From IMG/VR virus record IMGVR_UViG_3300046787_000200, positions 124,001-188,000 of that record: DNA of 64,000 nt. One strand, written 5' to 3'. A program made the position numbers and the translations under genes. Within the stretch, counting starts at the first letter, position 1. The number at the start of each line of letters is the position of its first letter. Positions 16,931 through 26,690 of this stretch are shown piece by piece. Below the pieces are notes generated by a model. The model searched no databases. It was not told where the DNA came from and saw only the letters and a list, made by a program, of their open reading frames with translations.

Positions 16931-17732
16931 AACCGTATATGTAATAGGGGATAGCTTCTCGGCTGGGGCTGAATTAGAAGATTTAACTTTTAAATCATTT
17001 CATAAATTTAATCCTAAGAATAATGATGAATACAATAAATGGTTAACTAGTAAAGAATATCAACTTGAACTAGAGTCTAGGAAAGATTATGACAAATACG
17101 AATCCGAATTGCAAAGAGCATGGCCTGCAAAACTAGCATCATTGACTAATATTAATGTTATTAATCATTCATTTGGAGGATCAGGCCCTGCAATGTGGAG
17201 AGCTAAAGTCTTTTTAGATTTTTTAAATTTTAAAAGAGATGGTATTAAAATAGATACTGCAATAATACAAATTTCAGAATACAATAGAGATTGTATATTT
17301 GATACGATGCTAAATGGAGCACGAACAACATATAATAATATAGGAATAAATCGTTTTCGTAATGGAACAGATAACGAAAAACAATACTTAAAGTATAGAT
17401 TAAAATTAGAATCAGAATATGGATATTTTTTTAGATTTTTACTAGATTTAGCATCAATTAAATTAAGCTTATTAAATTTTGGAATAACACACATTGAAAT
17501 AATTTCATACAATTCATCTACTTTTAATAATTGGAGTAAATTAGAATTTATAAATTACCCTGACATTAAATCTCTATTAGATTATTTAGGATTTGATTTA
17601 GATATACCTATTACTGCTATATGGGAAAATAGTATACCGGGTCGCTTCCCGCCCATACTACCCAATTCTCATTATCCGGAATATATGCACGATGACTTTG
17701 CGAAACGTATGAAGTTGAAACTAAATTTATAA
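16923..17732 (+). CDS. SGNH/GDSL hydrolase-like protein
   Basis: VIGDSFSAG (block I), AWPAKLA, NHSFGGSG (block II), terminal SHY. Confidence 0.6.
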   Translation: MSKTVYVIGDSFSAGAELEDLTFKSFHKFNPKNNDEYNKWLTSKEYQLELESRKDYDKYESELQRAWPAKLASLTNINVINHSFGGSGPAMWRAKVFLDFLNFKRDGIKIDTAIIQISEYNRDCIFDTMLNGARTTYNNIGINRFRNGTDNEKQYLKYRLKLESEYGYFFRFLLDLASIKLSLLNFGITHIEIISYNSSTFNNWSKLEFINYPDIKSLLDYLGFDLDIPITAIWENSIPGRFPPILPNSHYPEYMHDDFAKRMKLKLNL

Positions 17733-17745
17733 GTGTCCTTTACTC

Positions 17746-17773
17746 TTTACAATTTTATTAAACAGTATATAAT
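17746..17773 (+). promoter_or_regulatory. Sigma70-type promoter (leaderless geometry)
   Basis: TTTACA-16nt-TATAAT; ATG 6 nt downstream. Confidence 0.65.
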
Positions 17774-17779
17774 ATAGCA

Positions 17780-18466
17780 ATGTATATACCAAACAAATAT
17801 AATTATGTCCCTATGAGCCGTGTAGAGATAGACGGCAAACGCAGATACGCAACACCCGACGGTGAAAAGCTCCCCTCAGTAACAACAATCTTAGACTTTA
17901 CTAAAAGTGAAGAATCTAAGCAAGCATTACAAAATTGGCGTAATCGTGTAGGACATCAGAAAGCAAAAGAGATTACCACTGAAGCCGCAGGTCGTGGAAC
18001 ACGAATGCACAAGTGGATTGAAGATTACATTAAGACAGGAGTAATCAATGAGCCCGGAAGCAATCCGTATAGCATCCAAAGCCATAAAATGGCCAAGACT
18101 ATTATCAGTGAAGGTCTTGTTAACTGTAATGAATACTGGGGTACAGAAGTTCCTCTCTATTATCCGAAGATTTATGCAGGGACGACAGACTTAGTAGGTT
18201 TACATGATGGTGATGAAGCTATCATGGATCATAAGCAAACAAACAAGCCTAAAAAGCGTGAGTGGATTGAAGATTACTTTGTGCAGTTAGCCGCTTATGC
18301 TAATGCTCATAACGAAGTGCATGGTACGAAGATACGTAAGGGCGTAATTTTTATGTGTTCTGCTGATAATATCTATCAGGAATTCATCTTAGAAGGACCT
18401 GAGTTCGTAAAATATACAGATATCTGGTTCAAACGAGTAGAACAATACTACATGCAGTTCTTATAA
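17780..18466 (+). CDS. PD-(D/E)XK exonuclease (MGME1/Cas4-like phage family)
   Basis: LPSVTTIL, RGTRMH, EVPLY, AGTTDLV, IMDHKQ, QLAAYA. Confidence 0.88.
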   Translation: MYIPNKYNYVPMSRVEIDGKRRYATPDGEKLPSVTTILDFTKSEESKQALQNWRNRVGHQKAKEITTEAAGRGTRMHKWIEDYIKTGVINEPGSNPYSIQSHKMAKTIISEGLVNCNEYWGTEVPLYYPKIYAGTTDLVGLHDGDEAIMDHKQTNKPKKREWIEDYFVQLAAYANAHNEVHGTKIRKGVIFMCSADNIYQEFILEGPEFVKYTDIWFKRVEQYYMQFL

Positions 18467-18509
18467 TGGTTTAAGATAAATAAGTGTATATCTTAAAGAT
18501 TTTACACTT

Positions 18510-21071
18510 ATGGCCATTATACAAATTTCGAAAATTCAACAACGCTCAGGTAACTTAGTTGACTTGCCACAGCTTGATGAAGCGCAGTTCGGTTGGGCGA
18601 ATGACGCTAGACGACTTTTTATCGGTACTTCTACTCCCAATCCAATTGAAAATGTTGAAGTATTAACTTCTTATTCAAACATTAGTTTCAGCCAGATTGA
18701 CGGTTCTTACGGAAATCTTAACATTAATATTGCAAATGCCAACGTTGCAGCCAATTCAATTGGTGAAGTACTAGCATTTGATGGTAATAATTGGATCAAT
18801 GCAGGCGCAAATGCAGGAGGCCTGATTAACTTAGGTGACGTAGCTAATGTTAAAATTAATGACGGCGCAGTTGGTTATGTATTAACTACTGACGGTTATG
18901 GTAATCTTTCTTGGACTAGCAAAACAACTGCAATTGCAAACATTATAGACATATCAACTGATAGTCCAGCAGTAATGACATTTGATCCAAATGTTGTTAG
19001 TTATACCAATGGAACTGCAGTTACTATTTTAGGAGTTGAAGGTAATGCTAATAGTGAAATTAATGGTGAAACATTATACTTAAAAGTATCTAATACTTTT
19101 AATACTACCGGTGAAGTAACTCTATACACTGACGATGCATTATCTAACGCATTTAGCGGAGCCAATTTAACTTATACAAATTCTCCAAATGCTACAGCAA
19201 CAAGTGCGTTCGGTATCAATGTTAGTTCTCCCGCATCTGGGGTAGAAGGTTCAATTCAATACAATGTCAGCGGAGTATTGACCGGGTCGGCATCATTAAA
19301 ATTTGCAAATAGTAATGTTGAGATATCTAGCAGTAATGTAGTAGTTACAGGTGGCAATGTATCTGCTAATATTATATCAGGTAATTTACTAACCGGAACA
19401 TTAACAACAGCCGCACAACCTAACATAACAAGCACTGGCACATTAGCTGGATTAGTAGTAGCTGGGCACATAACACCAAGCGCAAATATAACATATAACT
19501 TGGGTAACAACACTAATAGATTTAATGATTTATATTTGGCTAATAGCACTATCTATATAGGTGCACAGACAATTAGTGCTAACTCAACAAATGTAATTGT
19601 ATCAGGCGTTCTAACTGCTAACTTATCCGGCAATGCAACTACAGCAGGTACAGTAACAACAGCCGCACAACCTAACATCACTAGTGTTGGTTCATTAACA
19701 TCACTAAGTGTAGTTGGTAATATAACTACTGGTAATTTAGATGGTGCTAACTCTATTACAGCTAACTATTTTATTGGTAGTGGAAATAATCTAAGTAATA
19801 TTCAGGGTGCAAATATAACAGGTGCAGTAAGTTATGCAACTACTGCTAATAGTGTAGCAGCCGCAAATGTAAGTGGTTTGGGTAACATTGCAACTATTAA
19901 TTTAGATGGTAGTGCAAGTAATATATTATATGGCAATGGCGTATTCGCAGCCGTAGGAGCTACATATAGTAATAGTGATGTAGCAACATTTTTAGCTAGT
20001 TACGGTAGTAATACAATTACAACTACTGGTAACGTAAGTGTTGGTAATATTATAGGTAACGGACAAGCATTGAGTAGTATTGCAGGTGCTAACGTAACAG
20101 GTACTGTTGCAAATGCTACATACGCAACAAGTGCAGGAACTGCAACGTCTGCTACCTCTGCTACTAGCGCATCTAGTGCGACTACTGCAGGCACCGTAAC
20201 AACAGCCGCACAACCAAATATTACAAGTACAGGTACACTTTCAAGTATTTCTGTTTCTGGTAATGCTAATATTGGTAATATAGGCACTGCAGGATTAATT
20301 ACTGCTACTGGTAACTTAAATGCAGGTAATATTATTACCGGTGGAGTTGTTTCTGCAACAGGTAATATTACTGCTGGTCTATTTGTAGGTGATGGTGGTG
20401 GATTAAGTAATATCAATATAGCAGCCGGGTCATCTATCTTAAACGGTAATAGCAATGTATCAGTTAGTGCAAATAGTAATGTAACAATTAGTGTAAGCGG
20501 AACAAGTAATGTTGCTGTTATAACAAACACTGGTATTAACGTTACCGGAACACTAAGTGCTAGTGGTAACATCACTACCGGTAATTTATCAGTTACTACT
20601 GGAACAGTTACATTAGGAGCACTAACAACCGGCGCAAATACTACTGCAGGAACTATTACTGGTAATTGGACATTGACGAGTGGGTCAAAGCTTGAAGCAT
20701 CATACGCTGACTTAGCAGAATATTATGAAGCAGATCAAGCGTATGATCCGGGTACTGTTTTAGCGTTCGGTGGAGAAAAGGAAGTCACCATCGCTGAAGA
20801 CGGCACCACAAGAGTTGCAGGTGTAGTTTCAACTAATCCTGCATATGCAATGAATGCAAATTGTCAAGGTATTGCTATAGCAATTGCATTACAAGGACGT
20901 GTACCTACTAAGGTTCGTGGTAACATACGCAAAGGCGATATGATGGTGTCCGGTGGTAATGGATTCGCTAGACCAAGCTCATCACCGCAGATGGGAACAG
21001 TTATCGGTAAAGCATTAGAAAACTTTGACGGAATCGAAGGCGTAATTGAAATCGCAGTCGGTAGATTATAA
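18510..21071 (+). CDS. Tail fibre/appendage protein with C-terminal peptidase G2-type autocleaving chaperone
   Basis: TTAAQPNITSxG repeats; YADLAEYY...GVVSTNPAY...IALQGRVP...IGKALE domain. Confidence 0.8.
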   Translation: MAIIQISKIQQRSGNLVDLPQLDEAQFGWANDARRLFIGTSTPNPIENVEVLTSYSNISFSQIDGSYGNLNINIANANVAANSIGEVLAFDGNNWINAGANAGGLINLGDVANVKINDGAVGYVLTTDGYGNLSWTSKTTAIANIIDISTDSPAVMTFDPNVVSYTNGTAVTILGVEGNANSEINGETLYLKVSNTFNTTGEVTLYTDDALSNAFSGANLTYTNSPNATATSAFGINVSSPASGVEGSIQYNVSGVLTGSASLKFANSNVEISSSNVVVTGGNVSANIISGNLLTGTLTTAAQPNITSTGTLAGLVVAGHITPSANITYNLGNNTNRFNDLYLANSTIYIGAQTISANSTNVIVSGVLTANLSGNATTAGTVTTAAQPNITSVGSLTSLSVVGNITTGNLDGANSITANYFIGSGNNLSNIQGANITGAVSYATTANSVAAANVSGLGNIATINLDGSASNILYGNGVFAAVGATYSNSDVATFLASYGSNTITTTGNVSVGNIIGNGQALSSIAGANVTGTVANATYATSAGTATSATSATSASSATTAGTVTTAAQPNITSTGTLSSISVSGNANIGNIGTAGLITATGNLNAGNIITGGVVSATGNITAGLFVGDGGGLSNINIAAGSSILNGNSNVSVSANSNVTISVSGTSNVAVITNTGINVTGTLSASGNITTGNLSVTTGTVTLGALTTGANTTAGTITGNWTLTSGSKLEASYADLAEYYEADQAYDPGTVLAFGGEKEVTIAEDGTTRVAGVVSTNPAYAMNANCQGIAIAIALQGRVPTKVRGNIRKGDMMVSGGNGFARPSSSPQMGTVIGKALENFDGIEGVIEIAVGRL

Positions 21072-21084
21072 TTAGGAAAAACAA

Positions 21085-21372
21085 ATGGCAGCAACAATAT
21101 ATACCGCAAATAGTACGAGCCAACTATCAAGCGCAAGTAATACTGATAAAGTAAGAATATCAACTTCTACATCAGCTATTGCTATAGCGATAGGTGATGC
21201 TAATACTACTGCAAATTTAACAGCATGTGAAATCGTCCCTGCAAATACAGTATTAAATAGCGTTATTGTAGGTCAAGGGAATTATATCGCTTACATCAAT
21301 GTAGCTGGTTCCGCCGGCGCATTTAGTATTACTGAATTAGGTGCAAATCACCCTGATACCGGTACTGAATAA
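21085..21372 (+). CDS. Small putative virion protein
   Basis: AGGA SD; beta-rich, 95 aa. Confidence 0.65.
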   Translation: MAATIYTANSTSQLSSASNTDKVRISTSTSAIAIAIGDANTTANLTACEIVPANTVLNSVIVGQGNYIAYINVAGSAGAFSITELGANHPDTGTE

Positions 21373-21475
21373 TACCCAAAATTGATAAATACTTAATACA
21401 TTCTCATTCGGAGAATTTATGCAGTAACCCACTGCGTAGCGGCTAGAACCCGCTAATTTTATAAAGGAAAAACAA

Positions 21476-22735
21476 ATGGGACGTCCTCTAAAAATAGCAA
21501 AGGCCCAAGCGGTCTTAACAGTAACTAACACTACTGCAACAACTAACGTTGTAACAGTATCTGAAGATTTATCAACTCTTGGCGTTATTGCCGGCATGCC
21601 ATTCGTACCAAGCGTAACGACAGGTACAAACTTGGTAGCAGGTACAACATATTGGATCTTAGCAGTTTTAAGTACTACAACTTTCACTGTTTCTGCAACT
21701 GATTTAAGTGCTAATACAACACGTACTGCAGTAACATTGACGACAGGTACAACTGCTTCTGCATTGACTGTTGGGTTTGTTGATGCATATTTCAACAACC
21801 CAGAAGGTGGTACTGGTTTCCCAACAACTAACGCTAATACATATGGTGTAGTTGGTGGTAATACAGCAATCTATGGTTCACAAGTTCTACCTCGTGTTGC
21901 TATCGGTGTTAATGGTACAGGTACATTGTATTCTGCTACTGATACTGAATTTGTAACAGGCATTGGTACTGATTTAGCAAACACATTGAGCGTAGGTTCA
22001 GTAATTCAAATCGCTAGTGCAAACGTTAATGGTACAACAACTGATTATACTACTCTAGGTTTTGCTAACACAGTTCCTGGATTAACAACAGTTGCTGTTG
22101 CTAACACACAAAATACAGGTAACATCATTGGTACTTCAGGTAATGCTGAAACATTGATTGCTAACGGTACAGTAAGATTTACTGCTAACTTAGGCGGTCT
22201 AGTTGCTGGTACAGTTTATTTCGTTAAGGCTATCGCAAATGCATCTGCATTCACTGTTTCTACAACATTGGGCGGTGCTGAAGTTGATTTGTCAAGTGCT
22301 ACTGGTACTCCAGACGCACAACAAGATGTAGTTGAATTGACAGCAAATGCGGCAGTGGCTGCATCAGGTTCTTCATTCATCTATGCAGATAATGAAGCAG
22401 GTTTCATCTTACGTCAAAAAGGTAAGCAGAAGTATCTAGTTCAAGGTGGTACAAGTGGTTTGATCGCACAATGCTATACTGCTAACTTGGCTAATACTGC
22501 ATTGACACCAAACACTATGAATATTGTTTCAACTGATGCGGCAACTGATGACACTTATGTTCAGTCATTAAGTGATTACGGTTCATTGACATTCAGTGCT
22601 ACTTCTGGTCCAGTTGCTACAGGTAACATTGTTCTTGCTAACGCTACTCCAGTTGTTGCTTCGTTCAACACTGCATATGCGGCAAATACATATGGTGGAC
22701 AGCCTTACCCAATCGTAACTATTGCTAACGCTTAA
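21476..22735 (+). CDS. Virion structural protein (T/A/G-rich, two copies of a shared beta-module)
   Basis: Late box at 21385, AAAGGA SD; GGLVAGTVYFVK...FTVSTTLGG module. Confidence 0.7.
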   Translation: MGRPLKIAKAQAVLTVTNTTATTNVVTVSEDLSTLGVIAGMPFVPSVTTGTNLVAGTTYWILAVLSTTTFTVSATDLSANTTRTAVTLTTGTTASALTVGFVDAYFNNPEGGTGFPTTNANTYGVVGGNTAIYGSQVLPRVAIGVNGTGTLYSATDTEFVTGIGTDLANTLSVGSVIQIASANVNGTTTDYTTLGFANTVPGLTTVAVANTQNTGNIIGTSGNAETLIANGTVRFTANLGGLVAGTVYFVKAIANASAFTVSTTLGGAEVDLSSATGTPDAQQDVVELTANAAVAASGSSFIYADNEAGFILRQKGKQKYLVQGGTSGLIAQCYTANLANTALTPNTMNIVSTDAATDDTYVQSLSDYGSLTFSATSGPVATGNIVLANATPVVASFNTAYAANTYGGQPYPIVTIANA

Positions 22736-22737
22736 TC

Positions 22738-23058
22738 ATGGTAACATCATCCAGAGCAATTAAGATGCCAACAAAAAAGACTGAAACAGATGTAGCGGTT
22801 CTTCAAGTGCAAGTGCAAAACATAACCGATGATATCAGCGAAATCAAATCTGATATCAAGGATGTTAATCTTAGTATACAAAAGAACAATGAGGATACTC
22901 ACAAGCTTCTGAAAGAAATGAAGGAAGCTAGTGCAGTTGCTCATAAATCAATGTCTGATAAAGTAGGCGCATTAGAAAAATGGCGATGGATGATGATGGG
23001 AGCCGGCGTAGTTATCGGATCGTTAGGGTTCGACACAATAGCAAAATTGCTAAAATAA
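22738..23058 (+). CDS. Coiled-coil protein with C-terminal membrane anchor (XhlA/holin-like)
   Basis: Heptad core, then EKWRWMMMGAGVVIGSLGF hydrophobic segment. Confidence 0.5.
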   Translation: MVTSSRAIKMPTKKTETDVAVLQVQVQNITDDISEIKSDIKDVNLSIQKNNEDTHKLLKEMKEASAVAHKSMSDKVGALEKWRWMMMGAGVVIGSLGFDTIAKLLK

Positions 23059-23084
23059 AAAAAGAGACTTAGGTCTCTTTTTTT
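23057..23084. terminator. Bidirectional intrinsic terminator between convergent genes
   Basis: A-run-GAGAC-ttag-GTCTC-T-run. Confidence 0.85.
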
Positions 23085-23485
23085 GTAAGTGCGTTTAATT
23101 TCTTTTGAACAATATCAAAGTTAACTGTATTAAATAATCCCGGGTGTAATGGTTTAGGATATTGATTGTCACCTACCCATGCATATCCACAATGTTCTTT
23201 GTTTAGAATAGGTGTAAACTCTTCATCCACTGCACAAAAAAAGGTATGATATGTAAATGATTTGTTTACAAATTTTTGAATGGGTATTAGTTTAGCATGA
23301 TCCGGGAAATAAGTAATTTCTTCAATGCATTCACGTTGCAGACCTTCAAGTAACGTTTCATCATTCTCTATCTTGCCGCCCGGGATACCCCAATTTCCCG
23401 GATTTTTATTATCCGTTCTTAATAAGTATAAAAAACGTTGGGTGTTTTTTGCGTAAAAGAATGTGCCTGCTGATATATTTGTCAT
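23069..23485 (-). CDS. Nudix hydrolase
   Basis: Nudix box GGKIENDETLLEGLQRECIEEI; start at ATG23485 preferred because ATG23497 overlaps the -10 box. Confidence 0.88.
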   Translation of the reverse strand: MTNISAGTFFYAKNTQRFLYLLRTDNKNPGNWGIPGGKIENDETLLEGLQRECIEEITYFPDHAKLIPIQKFVNKSFTYHTFFCAVDEEFTPILNKEHCGYAWVGDNQYPKPLHPGLFNTVNFDIVQKKLNALTKKET

Positions 23486-23495
23486 ACTATAAGAC

Positions 23496-23524
23496 ATTAT
23501 ATCATATTAACAATTATATTACAA
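23496..23524 (-). promoter_or_regulatory. Sigma70-type promoter for Nudix gene
   Basis: Minus strand TTGTAA-17nt-TATAAT. Confidence 0.55.
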
Positions 23525-24890
23525 TACTGTAATCGCCCTGACCATACCAACCTTCATATGATTTCATCCAAACATTATCTGTGTAGGAAAACCTATATTG
23601 TAAATCGGTTGTAAGATTGGTTACATACTCAAGTGTTGTTGCAGATTGACTATCAAATGATACAAACCATTCACCTGACGTTGAATCATATTCAATGATA
23701 TCGTTTGCGTTAGCAACTAATGGTCCCCATGCAATTGTAGTATCACCTGGACTACCAATATCTTCTACAATAAGATATCTACGACCATTGATTGGCCCTG
23801 GTAATCCTGCGTTTGGTCCTGTGACTAATGGGTTAATCACGCTGTCTACAGGATCCAATGTGTTTTGCGGCAGGGTATCAGGGTCAATATCGTATATCAA
23901 TAGTCTATCGTCTAATGGGTCAAGAACAATAGTTCCAACAATATCAGTATTCATAAATGGATTCTGCAACCATATCTGACTGATGCCGGGGCGTAATGTA
24001 CCGTACACGTTCAATAAGCTACTCCAATACAAACTTGTATCTGGTGGAGGAGGATACTCTAAGCTTTCATTGTTAGGATAAAATGCTTCATCCGCAGGTA
24101 ACAACTGTAGTCTATTACCTATCAATAATAATTTGTATCCATATGGTGTGATCTTTTGACGAGTACCTAATAATAAGTCATCATCTTGTATATCTTCAAG
24201 TGCTTGACCTTTAAAGATACTTGCAATAACTTTCTCAATAACACCCATCTTTTTAAGTTTGGCAGCGTTACTTAACCAGATAGGCATATAGAACTTCCAA
24301 CTCAATACATCGATGGGATTACCTGTACCTTGAGGAATACTACGACTACTAAATGTTAGTCCATCTTGGTATACAACAGATAATGATGTCCAATCGATGA
24401 AGTTATCAGTAGATTGTATCTCTAATGAAGGGTTGAATAGTGTACCTAACTGTTCAATCAACTCTAATTTTTGTTGATAGTTAGTAGTCCAAAAGTCTAC
24501 ATTGATACGTAATGTATATGGAACAGGCATTAGTCTTTCAACAGTAAATGCTTGGCCTTGAACCTGCTCATAACTTTGTGTATCAGCATTATAGCTACGT
24601 TGACGAACTTGAATCTTATCGATGAACGTAGGATCTTGTGTTCTACGTTGGTCGTATTCTAAACCACTAATATAATATGTAATTAACGGAGCGCTTGGCA
24701 AGTTACTTGCACTATTATTTGCAATGATTGTAGAAGCTTGACGACTACTATCACCGTACATGATAGGAACACGAACAAGTATCTCATTACCTGCAGGGTC
24801 TTTACCTTTAGTAACTTGCCAGTTACTGAATATTTTTGCAAACTGTATTAAGAATCTGCGTATCTGATTGTCATAGAAAAATTGTGCCAT
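23514..24890 (-). CDS. Tail completion/sheath stabiliser (T4 gp15-like)
   Basis: FFYDNQIRRF, VRVPIMYG, GLEYD, MPVPYTL, LIEQLGTLFNP. Confidence 0.75.
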   Translation of the reverse strand: MAQFFYDNQIRRFLIQFAKIFSNWQVTKGKDPAGNEILVRVPIMYGDSSRQASTIIANNSASNLPSAPLITYYISGLEYDQRRTQDPTFIDKIQVRQRSYNADTQSYEQVQGQAFTVERLMPVPYTLRINVDFWTTNYQQKLELIEQLGTLFNPSLEIQSTDNFIDWTSLSVVYQDGLTFSSRSIPQGTGNPIDVLSWKFYMPIWLSNAAKLKKMGVIEKVIASIFKGQALEDIQDDDLLLGTRQKITPYGYKLLLIGNRLQLLPADEAFYPNNESLEYPPPPDTSLYWSSLLNVYGTLRPGISQIWLQNPFMNTDIVGTIVLDPLDDRLLIYDIDPDTLPQNTLDPVDSVINPLVTGPNAGLPGPINGRRYLIVEDIGSPGDTTIAWGPLVANANDIIEYDSTSGEWFVSFDSQSATTLEYVTNLTTDLQYRFSYTDNVWMKSYEGWYGQGDYSIVI

Positions 24891-24899
24891 TTATATTCT

Positions 24900-26594
24900 T
24901 TAAGGTTGCGGGGGTATTGGATCTGGTGCAATAGTAAGTATTGTAGATAGACCTTGCTTCTGTTTAGTAGTTGTTCCGTCAGTCAATACTGTTACATTAC
25001 TGTTATTTATGAAGCTAGATTGCTGTGACAAATCTCCTGAAGTGAATCCAGTCTGCGTCCTTACATTCTCAGAGATTCTTATCCATAGTCTACCATCCCA
25101 ACGATATAGTATTTGAGGTAAGTAATCAATACGTAAGAAGTAATCACCTACTTGTGGGTTTTGCGGGAACGCAATACCTGCACCAGTTGGGAAGCCGTTA
25201 GGAGCAGTACCGTCACCATCCAAGTAACCAGTTGTGTAACCAAATGTGCGTGGACTACTACGTGCAATGAATTGGAATCTAGGATCACAGTCTGCTCTAA
25301 AGTCCATTACAGGAGTTATCTCGTCAGTAAATCCTGGTAGTTCTGGATTCTGGTCAGCAGTAGAATAGGTATTATCTGCAGTACCATATGGACCTGTAAT
25401 TAAACCTAAACTATCAATGGTTAGCATTGTGTCACCTGATACAGGACCTGATCCACCTGAAGTTAATTGCGGTGCAACTGTTAATGCTTTTAATGATAAT
25501 GTTGCTTTTGGTTCAACTGCGCCACCGTCAACTGTCATATTAAACATAGTTTTTACGGATGAAGCAGGTATTCGTAATACAGGACTAGGGTTTTTATACA
25601 ATGAAGATTGCATAAGTTCAACAGTAGCAACCGGTGCACCTGTGTTACCTGTTACTATATTAGTAGGTGGTGCAGGTTGATTATACTTGCCTGACAACTC
25701 TGTATTAGTTTCAAACGTGCCATATGTAGGTACAACATATAGATTATTTCTATCATAACCTGCTTTAGGAACAAGTCGTGCTGCCTCTTCCAATGCCGCA
25801 TTATTAATTTCAATATTTCTGTTATATGTAGACAGAATATCTTTAAGATTTGATGCCGTATCTAACTCCCAATATGTTGTATTCGGTGGCATAGTGCCAG
25901 CTGGTACTTCAATTTTACTAATGTAATTCTTGTCACCAAATGTAATAACATACCCTGCTGGATATACTTTTGTACTATCCCATACTCCTAGATAATTATC
26001 TTGGTTAATAGGCTCTGATAATATCTGACTATATTCTTCACTATCAACTAATGGTTCGCATTTAATACGCCACATATGTGGATACCAAGTTTGACTGAAA
26101 CCCTCACTTGAAAAATTAGCATCAGTTATACTATAAAATCTTTTTAGTGCAACTGGAATAGTTTCTTTTAATGGATTATAATCTAATAAGTGAGGTAATT
26201 CTAATACATCACCGACCATTAACTTGCGACCAACAATATCAATCATGTCATTATAATGAACATTAATAAAGATAATATCGTTGTTTAAAAATAATCCAAA
26301 TTGACTCAAATCAAAATCTAAATTCTGAACATTATAATGACCACGTAATCTATATACATTTGGATCATATGTTCTATCTCTATTTTCTAGGAATAATAAG
26401 TCCTGAATATTTAATGGACTCATCGTATCATATTCAGGTTGTGTATAATCTATACTGGCACCTTGATTAGTTGGACCTAAATATTTGTGAATGTATAAAT
26501 CCGTGCCGCCAACACGCAATTGCTCTGATATTGTTCTATCAAAGAATCGATAATCATTCTGTTTATTTGGGCGGTATAAGGATAACTTTGGCAT
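24900..26594 (-). CDS. Neck/head-closure protein (T4 gp14-like) with insertions
   Basis: FDLSQFGLF, GRKLMVGDVLELP; adjacent to the gp15-like gene. Confidence 0.6.
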   Translation of the reverse strand: MPKLSLYRPNKQNDYRFFDRTISEQLRVGGTDLYIHKYLGPTNQGASIDYTQPEYDTMSPLNIQDLLFLENRDRTYDPNVYRLRGHYNVQNLDFDLSQFGLFLNNDIIFINVHYNDMIDIVGRKLMVGDVLELPHLLDYNPLKETIPVALKRFYSITDANFSSEGFSQTWYPHMWRIKCEPLVDSEEYSQILSEPINQDNYLGVWDSTKVYPAGYVITFGDKNYISKIEVPAGTMPPNTTYWELDTASNLKDILSTYNRNIEINNAALEEAARLVPKAGYDRNNLYVVPTYGTFETNTELSGKYNQPAPPTNIVTGNTGAPVATVELMQSSLYKNPSPVLRIPASSVKTMFNMTVDGGAVEPKATLSLKALTVAPQLTSGGSGPVSGDTMLTIDSLGLITGPYGTADNTYSTADQNPELPGFTDEITPVMDFRADCDPRFQFIARSSPRTFGYTTGYLDGDGTAPNGFPTGAGIAFPQNPQVGDYFLRIDYLPQILYRWDGRLWIRISENVRTQTGFTSGDLSQQSSFINNSNVTVLTDGTTTKQKQGLSTILTIAPDPIPPQP

Positions 26595-26634
26595 AATAGT
26601 ATTTATCGTTATGCCCTATGCTTAAAACCTACGG

Positions 26635-26663
26635 TTGACAATAAATATGGGCTGTGTTATAAT
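26635..26663 (+). promoter_or_regulatory. Consensus sigma70 early promoter
   Basis: TTGACA-17nt-TATAAT with TG extension; AAAGGAG SD before ATG26691. Confidence 0.9.
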
Positions 26664-26690
26664 ACTTAAATCATAGTAAAGGAGTGCCTA

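Noticed and set aside
17780-18466. Cas4 as part of a CRISPR-Cas locus
   Set aside because: No other cas genes or array, and no four-Cys Fe-S motif; ordinary phage PD-(D/E)XK nuclease
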